From: an uncultured Rivularia sp.
Lineage (GTDB): Bacteria; Cyanobacteriota; Cyanobacteriia; Cyanobacteriales; Nostocaceae
Assembly (NCBI GenBank): GCA_963665115.1
Contig: OY762007.1
Location: 1,024,001 to 1,088,000 of the forward strand
DNA: 64,000 nucleotides
Reading direction: 5' to 3'
In this document: positions 52,689-61,384 of the stretch, piece after piece
Numbering within the stretch: position 1 is the stretch's first letter
How the letters are laid out: each line of letters opens with the position of its first letter
Program-made: the position numbers and the translations under genes
The notes under the pieces: generated by a model
The model's input: the letters and a program-made list of their open reading frames with translations, nothing else
Database searches by the model: none
What the model was told of the DNA's origin: nothing

Positions 52689-54242
52689 ATGGTTTCGACA
52701 ATAAATAAAGTAACTAGAGCCGATTATTCAGGACGCGATCGCCAAGGTAAAGTCGCTTTTTATGTACTCCTGTGGAAAAGACAAGGAATTTCCTTGGAAC
52801 TCTTCGATGAATACTGGAAGGATGTACATGGTCCAGTTTGTGCGAGATTGCCAGGGCAGCATCAATACTGGCAGTTCCATGTAGCTCACAATGAAGGTGG
52901 CTTTTTCCCAGCGATTAAGGGTTTAGACCAAACTATTCGTCAAGAAGATAATTTTGATGGTATTGCAGAATTAACCTTTGAAAACGAACAAGAGCGTCAG
53001 ACTTGGTTTGAAGCCGCCGGGATACTGATGGATGATGAGAAAAATGTATTTAGAAAAGCTATTGGTTATAATACCAATCCCAGCAATTCTATTACTTATG
53101 TAGATAGTATTCCCAATGGAGAACCTAACGGTGAAACTGGGATACTCAAATTCCATGTAATGGTTAAAAAAGCTAATGGAGTTAGTTCCGAAGCTTTTCG
53201 TCGTTACTTGACTGACGTTTTTGCAGAAAACATTAGCTCTCACGAGTCAGTACTCAAGTTTCGCCTGCATTTATTTGAAGAAGTAGATAATTCTCGTCCT
53301 GATGCTGATGGAGTCATTCATAACGAACCAGAAGAAAAGCAATATCATGCTGCTTATGAAATAGCTTTTTCAAATCAGCTTGAAAGAGAAAAGTTTTTTG
53401 CTTCCGCTCAGTATAAAGCTGCTACTCGTGATGCTGCAAAATATATTAAACAAATGCAGGCATTTCCAGAAAGAACCGCTTATACCTTTGTTTACGATGG
53501 CAAAATGACTCTTGCTGGCGAACGTAGTTCTTCAGTTGCAGAATTAATCGAAGGAATTGGAGCAGTAAACCAACTTAAGGAGGATATTAAATCTCTCATG
53601 TTAAATTCTAGTCTTTACACACAACAAAATAACGGTTTTTCTTCTTACCAGAACCAGAATCAACCACCAGCTATTAAAAAGCGCACCAATTATTACGAAG
53701 GTTTGTCCGCAGATTATTCTCGTCCGGGACTTGTAACTTCCTACGTCGCTAAAAAGTTGATTGAGGATGCAGAAAAAATTGTGGCAATGAAAGAATCCAG
53801 ATTGCCAGAAATCAACTATAACTATTCCTTAGAACAGATTGAAGCTGAAAATAAAGAATGGTGGCCTACTCACTGCGAAGCATTGAGACAGGGACGTGGA
53901 GACATCTTAACTGGTGAATATCGCGACGATTTGGTTTATTTTTGCCAGGATGGTCCTTATAGAGGCTTAGAACAACAAAAAGCAAGAGAACAGCATTGGT
54001 GGGCGTTAATTGCTCAGCCAGGAGTTACCATGTGCTGGCCAATTGTCATGTTCTGGGGCGAACACACTTACTTTGAATGGAAGTGTGAAGATAATGAAAC
54101 CAATGAAACTATTGCCAAAGGTAATGTTACCTGGGTACGTCGGGGACACCGAGGTGCTTGCTATCTAAAGACCGAACAATTGACATTTTACCGTGATGTT
54201 TTTGCTGCTGATGGATTATTAAAACTGATCGCTACTGCTTAA
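52689..54242 (+). CDS. Tandem EthD-like domains plus C-terminal SnoaL/NTF2-like domain
   Basis: LLWKRQGIS..F..YWKDVHGP, FDGIAELTF and a second KKANGVS.EAF...YHAAYEIAF repeat; AAGGAG RBS. Confidence 0.75.
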   Translation: MVSTINKVTRADYSGRDRQGKVAFYVLLWKRQGISLELFDEYWKDVHGPVCARLPGQHQYWQFHVAHNEGGFFPAIKGLDQTIRQEDNFDGIAELTFENEQERQTWFEAAGILMDDEKNVFRKAIGYNTNPSNSITYVDSIPNGEPNGETGILKFHVMVKKANGVSSEAFRRYLTDVFAENISSHESVLKFRLHLFEEVDNSRPDADGVIHNEPEEKQYHAAYEIAFSNQLEREKFFASAQYKAATRDAAKYIKQMQAFPERTAYTFVYDGKMTLAGERSSSVAELIEGIGAVNQLKEDIKSLMLNSSLYTQQNNGFSSYQNQNQPPAIKKRTNYYEGLSADYSRPGLVTSYVAKKLIEDAEKIVAMKESRLPEINYNYSLEQIEAENKEWWPTHCEALRQGRGDILTGEYRDDLVYFCQDGPYRGLEQQKAREQHWWALIAQPGVTMCWPIVMFWGEHTYFEWKCEDNETNETIAKGNVTWVRRGHRGACYLKTEQLTFYRDVFAADGLLKLIATA

Positions 54243-54243
54243 A

Positions 54244-57200
54244 ATGAAAAAAAAGGTGGCAGATAAAAATGCTGTCCTAGATGACAAAGAGCTTCAGCAG
54301 AGTTTAAAACAAATCAATCCAAAGTTTGGTGATTTTGTAACTCGGGTAGCAGGTGAAGCTTGGGGGTTGCCGTTAATTGACCAAAAAACTAAAGCTCTGA
54401 TTACCATCGCGATTGATGTTGTTAATCAGGACCATAGGGGTTCGGGCAACCCATTCACCGCTCATGTCAATATGGCTCTCAAGCAAGGTGCCAGTCGCCA
54501 AGAAATTGAAGAACTATTACTGTTTCTATGCGTTTATGCAGGCTTTAATAAAGTCGCGGCTGGCTTCGGAAGCCTCAACAAGATTTTTGATTCCGATCCC
54601 GATAACGTCAATTGCACCTCAAGGACAGTAGCAATGGTTGCAGACAGTCGAAAGATAAATAAAGCCGATTATTCAGCACGCGATTCTAAAGGGAAAGTCA
54701 GTTTTTACGTACTTCTATGGAAACGCCAAGGTATTTCCCTAGAACTATTTGATAATTATTGGAAAGATGTACATGGTCCCGTTTGTGCGAGATTACCCGG
54801 ACAGCATCAATACTGGCAGTTTCATGTAGCTCATAATGAAGGTGGATTTTGCCCTAATATTCAGGGTTTAGATTATTCCTTCGATGCGGAAGATAATTTT
54901 GATGGTATTGCAGAATTAACTTTTGAGAGCGAAGCTGAACGTCAAACCTGGTTTGAAGCAGCCGGGATATTGATGGATGACGAAAAAAATGTATTTAGAA
55001 AAGCCATTGGGTATAACACAAGTCCCGGCAATTCTATTACTTATGTAGATGGTATTCCCAACGGAGAACCGAATGGTGAAACCGGGGTGCTGAAATTCCA
55101 TGTCACGGTTAAAAAAGCCGATGGAATCAGTACCGAAGCTTTTCGTCATTATCTAACTGAGAGTTTTGCACCTCAAGTCAGCAGTCATGATTCTGTATTA
55201 AAATTTCGACTGCATTTATTTGAAGAAGTAGATAATTCTCGTCCCGATGCTGATGGAGTTATTCATTACGAAGCAGCAGAAAAGCAATATCATGCTGCTT
55301 ATGAAATAGCTTTTTCAAATCAACTTGAAAGAGAAAAGTTTTTTGCTTCTGCTCAATATCAAACTGCCATTCAAGATGCAGCTAGATATATTAAACAAAT
55401 CCAAGCATTTCCAGAAAGAACTGCTTATACCTTTGTTTACGATAGCAAAATGACTCTCTCCGGACAGCGCAGTTCAAAAGTTGCATCTCTAATCGAAAAT
55501 ATTGGAGCCAGTAATCAATTAAAGGAGAATATAATATCTTTAATGTCTAGCCAGGTTAATGGAAAGCCCAAAGGTTTGGGTCATTATCTTCAAGGAGTTC
55601 AACACTTTGGAATTACAGTTAATGACATGGCGAAAGCTATGGAATTTTATACCGAAGTTTTGGGTGGAAAACTGGCAATTGGTGGTGATGGATTCGTTGG
55701 GGAAGATTTACACAATCTACTCTTTCAAAAAGAGGATTTAGAGGCTTGGAAACAAGGTGTTAACCCCAAAGAACAAGGCATACCTAATATTCGAGATGGT
55801 TCCGAAGATGCATTAGATGTCAGATTTATTTCTTTTGGCAATACTTGTGTCGAATTAATCCATTTCCGAGATGCCCAGTTAAGTGCAAACGCACCGAACA
55901 TTTTCAGTAAAATTCCTTCTGGTATCGGGCACGTTAATGCTCCACACATTTCCTTTTATGTAAAAGACGATGTGGATATTAATCTCTTCGCCAAAATGCT
56001 AGAAGATGAATGTCAACAGCGGGGAATTAATAACGTTGTTGTCAACCGAGTTATTCATCTTGATTCGCTAGAGCAGAGAAAAACTGCGGCTCTAAAATAT
56101 GCCAAAACGGATTTTATTGGTGATTTTGATGGATGGGCTTTATTCTACTGTAAAGGTCCGAATGGCGAGCAGTTGGAATTTAATCAGGTCACAAAAAGAG
56201 CCAAAGAAAGATTTAGTGAAGCTCAAAAAGAATACAATTTGAGCAACGATACAGATTATTGGTTCTACAATAATTCTGCACCACAGCATACCAAAGTCAA
56301 CGGTAATAACCGACTGTACGGCAGCTATAGCGCCACAATAAATGCTCCAGCCGAAAAGATTTGGCAAGTGTGGACGGAACAGGCTTACAGTGAAAATTTT
56401 CCCATCTTAGAGCGCTATCATAACGGCGTTTTGCGGGAAGTATCAATGCCTGGAATGACAATGAAGCAAAGGGTAACTATTGATAAGCAAGCAGGAACAA
56501 TGAGTATTGCTTTGGTAGATAACCCTCTGTTTACAGGTCAGTTTGTTAATCATATAGATCAAAAATCTCATCAGCCCGGTTCTTCACCAATAGTGAATTT
56601 TACTATTGATTTACAACCTACAAGTGAGAACTCGCTACAGCATCAAGATGCACAAGGGTTTATTGAAGCAGCAAAACCCGAAAGAATTCAGGAAGCTGTT
56701 TATCAACTCAAACAACTTGTTGAAAATAATACTACTCAAGAGGAAAGACCAATGACACAATCTTTAACACGTACTGGTTCTAAGTCTGAGATTGTCAGAC
56801 GGATGTTTGAAGCTGGGGAGTCAATGAATGTAGAAAATTTTGTGAAATTCTACACTGAAGATGCTCACTATCAATTTAGTAACTTCCCCGTAGCATATGG
56901 TCCTCAAGGAATTCGAGATACTTCTGTAGATTTTCTGAACACCGTAGCAAAAGTCTACCACCACATTACCAATATCTGGGAGCAGGGAGACACAGTTATT
57001 TGTGAAATGGAAGTAACTTACATCCGTCACGATGGTAAAGTTTTCCGACTTCCTTGCTGCGACACAATTGTATTTAAAGGTGATAAAGTTCAGCAATTGA
57101 AAATTTACATGGATATCAGTCCTGTATTTCAAACCGAACAAGTAGAACCAGCAGCTTCAACTTCCAGCGATCTCCTCCTACAAAGAATTGGCAAAATGTA

Positions 57201-57531
57201 TGAGGCTCTACACGCAGAAAACTGGGATCAATTCATGAGCTTCTTTACTCCCGATTTGCTTTATAAAGTTGGCGCTCACGAACCAGTAATTGGACCTCAA
57301 GCTTGTCGCGACTTTTTAATTAATATTTACAGAACTTTAAAGTTGACAACTCATAATGCTAGAGGTACCTGGGCAGTTGATAATACTGTAATTTTAGAAA
57401 TGGACGCTAACTACGTCAACAAAGTTACCAAAGAATTCTCTCAAGTTCCCTGTACCGATATCTACCGCTTTGAAGGAGATAAAATCTGTGAATGGCGGGT
57501 ATATCCAGATGCTTCTCAGCTAAAGTTCTAA
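54244..57531 (+). CDS. Multidomain fusion: CMD - EthD - EthD - VOC/glyoxalase - SRPBCC-like - SnoaL - SnoaL
   Basis: N-terminus duplicates the two upstream genes; QHFGITV..FYTEVLG, ELI, HISF, GPNGEQLEF (VOC); INAPAEKIWQV (SRPBCC); two F.T.D..Y...GPQ...F.GDK NTF2-like repeats. Confidence 0.8.
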   Translation: MKKKVADKNAVLDDKELQQSLKQINPKFGDFVTRVAGEAWGLPLIDQKTKALITIAIDVVNQDHRGSGNPFTAHVNMALKQGASRQEIEELLLFLCVYAGFNKVAAGFGSLNKIFDSDPDNVNCTSRTVAMVADSRKINKADYSARDSKGKVSFYVLLWKRQGISLELFDNYWKDVHGPVCARLPGQHQYWQFHVAHNEGGFCPNIQGLDYSFDAEDNFDGIAELTFESEAERQTWFEAAGILMDDEKNVFRKAIGYNTSPGNSITYVDGIPNGEPNGETGVLKFHVTVKKADGISTEAFRHYLTESFAPQVSSHDSVLKFRLHLFEEVDNSRPDADGVIHYEAAEKQYHAAYEIAFSNQLEREKFFASAQYQTAIQDAARYIKQIQAFPERTAYTFVYDSKMTLSGQRSSKVASLIENIGASNQLKENIISLMSSQVNGKPKGLGHYLQGVQHFGITVNDMAKAMEFYTEVLGGKLAIGGDGFVGEDLHNLLFQKEDLEAWKQGVNPKEQGIPNIRDGSEDALDVRFISFGNTCVELIHFRDAQLSANAPNIFSKIPSGIGHVNAPHISFYVKDDVDINLFAKMLEDECQQRGINNVVVNRVIHLDSLEQRKTAALKYAKTDFIGDFDGWALFYCKGPNGEQLEFNQVTKRAKERFSEAQKEYNLSNDTDYWFYNNSAPQHTKVNGNNRLYGSYSATINAPAEKIWQVWTEQAYSENFPILERYHNGVLREVSMPGMTMKQRVTIDKQAGTMSIALVDNPLFTGQFVNHIDQKSHQPGSSPIVNFTIDLQPTSENSLQHQDAQGFIEAAKPERIQEAVYQLKQLVENNTTQEERPMTQSLTRTGSKSEIVRRMFEAGESMNVENFVKFYTEDAHYQFSNFPVAYGPQGIRDTSVDFLNTVAKVYHHITNIWEQGDTVICEMEVTYIRHDGKVFRLPCCDTIVFKGDKVQQLKIYMDISPVFQTEQVEPAASTSSDLLLQRIGKMYEALHAENWDQFMSFFTPDLLYKVGAHEPVIGPQACRDFLINIYRTLKLTTHNARGTWAVDNTVILEMDANYVNKVTKEFSQVPCTDIYRFEGDKICEWRVYPDASQLKF

Positions 57532-57629
57532 GCTTAAAATATGTGGTTGAAATTGATATAGCGAATCATCAATTACACCAATAAACTATAAGCAGATGGG
57601 GTAGAAGTGAGTTGTAAATAAATCATTGA

Positions 57630-57836
57630 TTGATTTTAAAAATTGAAATTATTTACGACTGCTTCTGCTTTCATCAAGTACAAAACAAAGTTAATTATAT
57701 GCGGTGGAAAACTCGGCAGGATTACGAAACTGCAAAAAGTTCTTTAGGTTCAAAACTTTTCCCCCTGATGTTCATATCTATGGGATTGTTGAGCAAACTA
57801 TCTCAGAAAGCTGAAGCTAGTAGTCCGCCACATTAA
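57630..57836 (+). pseudogene. Degenerate ABM-like gene remnant
   Basis: FHQVQNKVNYMRWKTRQDY resembles IHQSLDGTRVVNYAQWSSQES of 46965; no ATG start and no N-terminal half. Confidence 0.4.
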
Positions 57837-57970
57837 TTATGAGGGGTAATCAAAGTTTTTAGTAAGGACTTTAGTCCTCGCTACGAACCCGGAGAGAAGT
57901 ACTAGGTTTTCTGATAGAGCTTTCAAATTGTAATAGTTCAAATTTATTCAAACAATAAGGAATCAAAAAA

Positions 57971-58606
57971 ATGACAACTGAAAAAAAAGGCAAGATTGGC
58001 GTATTAGTTGAAGAGCATTTCGATCCAACAGAATTTATTCGCTTTAATGAATACTTTCCTACACAAGGTTATGAAGTCGAATACATCTCTCACTTATGGG
58101 GTAATAAAGAATTACGCTTTGGTTCTAATCCTGAAAATGACAAAGTAGAATATCATGTTACAGTTTCTACAGAAGTAAATGATATTAACCCGGAAGATTA
58201 TAAAGGAATAATTTGCATCGGAGCTTATGCCACCGACCGTTTAAGATATCAGCCAACTGTTAAAAAAGGTCAGAAAAATCAAGCTCCTGCTGTAGAATTT
58301 TTACGTAAAGTGAATGCAACAGAAAATGTTAAAGTAGGGACTATTTGTCATAGTCTATGGCTCTTATGCGCCGATACAGATTTAATCAAAGGTAAGAAAG
58401 TTACCTGCGCTCATAACATTATTTGCGATGTGGAAAATGCTGGAGCAGATGTAGTTTATGAGGGAGATGGAACAGCCGAATTAGTTATAGATGGTAACTT
58501 AATTACCGGCAAACATCCCGGCATGGTTGACGAATTTATGAAAGTTTTTGTTGAAGAAATTGAAAAAAGTAGTAGCCGAAAAACCGCAACCGCAGCAGCA
58601 GTTTGA
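57971..58606 (+). CDS. DJ-1/PfpI family protein
   Basis: VLVEEHFDPTE, IGAYA, TICHSLWL (Cys-His) and VIDGNLITG motifs; AAGGA RBS. Confidence 0.9.
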   Translation: MTTEKKGKIGVLVEEHFDPTEFIRFNEYFPTQGYEVEYISHLWGNKELRFGSNPENDKVEYHVTVSTEVNDINPEDYKGIICIGAYATDRLRYQPTVKKGQKNQAPAVEFLRKVNATENVKVGTICHSLWLLCADTDLIKGKKVTCAHNIICDVENAGADVVYEGDGTAELVIDGNLITGKHPGMVDEFMKVFVEEIEKSSSRKTATAAAV

Positions 58607-58642
58607 GCTAATTAATTATTCATAGAAATAAAAGGACATATC

Positions 58643-60463
58643 ATGACAGATAAAGTTAATTTTTCCTTTTCGGATTTAATTGCTGGTTACGTTACCCAGT
58701 ACGATCGAGATACCGATATTTTTGAACTAAAAACCTCCGACGGTAGAGAGTTCAAAGCAAAATTGAGTCCAATGGCATATGCCAAAGTGATTCAGAATTT
58801 TGATGAAGGCTATCCCGATGCTACCGGAAATATGAGAGCGATGCTCGTTCCCGGACGCTATTTATTTACCTATGGGTCATTTTATCCAGATAGCGATATC
58901 TTTGATGCCAAGCAGATTGTTTTTGCTGGTGCTAAGAAAGATGATTACGTTTTCGAGAAACAAAATTGGTGGGTTAATCAGATAGATGCTTTAGGTAAGT
59001 TCTATCTTAAAGCTCAGTTTGGTGAAGGAGAGTATGATTATCGCAATTATCGTACCAGTTTAAGTTTGAGCGGTCAGCAATCAACTACTAATTTCCGTCA
59101 AGAAACTGATACTATATCTCGTCTTGTCTACGGTTTTGCTACTGCCTTCATGATGACAGGCAACGATAGCTTCCTCAAAGCTGCTGAAAGAGGAACCGAA
59201 TATTTACGCGAACATATGCGGTTTGTGGATTTAGACGAAGGTATCGTTTATTGGTATCACGGTATTGACGTACAGGGAGAAAAAGAACAAAAAATCTTTG
59301 CTTCTGAATTTGGCGATGACTACGATGCAATCCCAGCTTACGAACAGATTTATGCTCTTGCAGGTCCCATTCAGACTTACCGCTGTACCGGGGACCCCAG
59401 AATCATGGACGATACAGAGAAAACCATTAAGCTGTTTAACGAGTTTTTCCTTGATAAGGGAGAACACGGCGGCTATTTCTCCCATATCGACCCCGTAATG
59501 CTCGATCCCTTGAGCGACACTTTGGGACGTAATAAGGGAACAAAAAACTGGAACTCAGTTGGCGACCACGCTCCAGCTTACTTAATAAACCTATGGTTGG
59601 CTACAGGTAAGCAAGAATACGCTGATATGTTGGAGTATACCTTCGACACTATCGAACAGCGTTTCCCCGACTACGAAAATAGTCCCTTCGTTCAAGAAAG
59701 ATTTTATCAAGACTGGTCTGCTGATACTACTTGGGGATGGCAGCAAAATCGGGCTGTAGTCGGTCACAACCTGAAGATTGCTTGGAACTTGATGCGGATG
59801 CAGAGCCTCAAACCCAAGGATAGTTACGTTAAATTGGCAAGAAAAATTGCCGATATAATGCCAGACGTTGGCAGCGACCAACAGCGTGGAGGTTGGTACG
59901 ATGTGGTTGAACGTGTCCTTGCTGAAGGTGAAGAATCATACCGCTTTGTTTGGCACGATCGCAAAGCTTGGTGGCAGCAAGAACAGTCAATTTTGGCGTA
60001 TTTGATTCTAGCGGGTATTGAAAAAGAGGACGATTACAAGCGTTTAAGTCGCGAAGCTTCTGCATTTTATAATGCTTGGTTCCTCGATTTAGAAGAAGGT
60101 GGAGTTTACTTTAACGTTCTTGCTAATGGTATTCCTTACCTTGCAGGTGGTAACGAACGCGGTAAAGGTTCCCACTCCATGAGCGGTTATCACTCTTTTG
60201 AATTGTCCTACTTGGCTGCGGTTTATACCAACTTGCTAATTACCAGACAGCCAATGGACTTTTACTTTAAGCCTATTCCTGGTGGTTTCCCCGATAATAT
60301 TCTCCGCGTTTCTCCAGATATTCTTCCTCCTGGAAGTATTAAGATTGCTAAGTGTGAAATTGACGGAGAACCTTACAGTAACTTTGATGCTGAGGCATTA
60401 ACAGTTACCTTACCGAAAACTGACGAGCGGGTGAAAGTCAAAGTGCAAATTGTGCCCGTTTAG
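58643..60463 (+). CDS. AGE family (N-acylglucosamine 2-epimerase-like) epimerase/isomerase with N- and C-terminal extensions
   Basis: SRLVYGFA, GHNLKIAW, WWQQEQ and GYHSFE motifs of the (alpha/alpha)6 barrel. Confidence 0.85.
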   Translation: MTDKVNFSFSDLIAGYVTQYDRDTDIFELKTSDGREFKAKLSPMAYAKVIQNFDEGYPDATGNMRAMLVPGRYLFTYGSFYPDSDIFDAKQIVFAGAKKDDYVFEKQNWWVNQIDALGKFYLKAQFGEGEYDYRNYRTSLSLSGQQSTTNFRQETDTISRLVYGFATAFMMTGNDSFLKAAERGTEYLREHMRFVDLDEGIVYWYHGIDVQGEKEQKIFASEFGDDYDAIPAYEQIYALAGPIQTYRCTGDPRIMDDTEKTIKLFNEFFLDKGEHGGYFSHIDPVMLDPLSDTLGRNKGTKNWNSVGDHAPAYLINLWLATGKQEYADMLEYTFDTIEQRFPDYENSPFVQERFYQDWSADTTWGWQQNRAVVGHNLKIAWNLMRMQSLKPKDSYVKLARKIADIMPDVGSDQQRGGWYDVVERVLAEGEESYRFVWHDRKAWWQQEQSILAYLILAGIEKEDDYKRLSREASAFYNAWFLDLEEGGVYFNVLANGIPYLAGGNERGKGSHSMSGYHSFELSYLAAVYTNLLITRQPMDFYFKPIPGGFPDNILRVSPDILPPGSIKIAKCEIDGEPYSNFDAEALTVTLPKTDERVKVKVQIVPV

Positions 60464-60466
60464 TTT

Positions 60467-60728
60467 TTAGTACTCCACAAACCCAAAATTAGCAGGTGAA
60501 GACAGAGAGGGGAAGAGTGGGTAGAAAAAATTTCTCATTATTAACTAACATAACCCTACGTACAGCAGATTTCATTTAAGTGAGGTACACATCGTTTCTA
60601 GAGGAAGTAGGGAGTAGGGAGTAGGGAGTAGGGAGTAGGGAGTAGGGAGTAGGGAGTAGGGAGTAGGGAGTAGGGAAATGTACCTCATATACCTGCAAAG
60701 TGCTGTAATTCCCTTGGCTCCGTACTAG
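60467..60728. mobile_element. MITE (homolog of 17314-17424) interrupted by a nested element
   Basis: TAGTACTCCAC...CCGTACTAG ends; core GGTGAAGACAG.GAGGGG. Confidence 0.65.
60561..60707. mobile_element. TA-flanked MITE containing (AGTAGGG)x10
   Basis: TACAGCA/TGCTGTA TIRs; heptamer array at 60606-60675. Confidence 0.88.
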
Positions 60729-60795
60729 TGTAGAGACGTTGCAGTGCAACGTCTCCCTATAATTTGAAGTTTAAAAATTTAATCGGAATTACAAC

Positions 60796-61128
60796 ATGGA
60801 AATTAATATTAAAACAGTTGATGATGTCAAGATAGCAGTACTTCAAGGTGATATAGATGCCAGTACTGCACCTTCAGTAACTCAAGAGGTTTTACCTTTA
60901 GTTGAACCAGGGAAAAGAATCATTCTTGATATGACTGAAGTTCCTTTTATGTCTAGTGCTGGCTTACGGGTGCTACTATCTCTTTACCGACAAACAAGCG
61001 TTAAGGAAGCAAAACTATTATTAGTTGGTTTGAATGAAGAACTTCAAGACACCATGTCCGTAACTGGATTTCTAGAACATTTTCAAGTTAGCGATACTCT
61101 CGACGAAGCATTAGCTGCAAAAGTTTAG
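60796..61128 (+). CDS. STAS domain anti-sigma factor antagonist
   Basis: GDIDASTAP and FMSSAGLRVL phosphoserine motif. Confidence 0.93.
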   Translation: MEINIKTVDDVKIAVLQGDIDASTAPSVTQEVLPLVEPGKRIILDMTEVPFMSSAGLRVLLSLYRQTSVKEAKLLLVGLNEELQDTMSVTGFLEHFQVSDTLDEALAAKV

Positions 61129-61148
61129 ATAAATTCTGGATTTTGAAT

Positions 61149-61254
61149 TAGTAGTTGATTGCATAAATTCTGAAGGGTTCGTTTTTCCCGCAACCGTCGG
61201 GAGACGTTATGTATAACGTCTCTACAACCCTTCAGAACAATTGATTTGGACTAT
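61149..61254. mobile_element. 110-bp MITE family copy
   Basis: TAGTAGTTGATTGCATAAATTCTGAAGGG...GAGACGTTATGTATAACGTCTC. Confidence 0.8.
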
Positions 61255-61384
61255 CAATACTACACCACATTAATTTTGATAGTTTGAAGAGACATAAAAT
61301 TCTACGTCTCCAACCGTTATACAAACAACGAACCAATTGCAATCTAAAATCTAAAATAATTTGCCATATTTAGGATTAATAATA

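Noticed and set aside
60606..60675. Possible CRISPR array
   Set aside because: Pure 7-bp tandem repeat with no spacers and no cas genes
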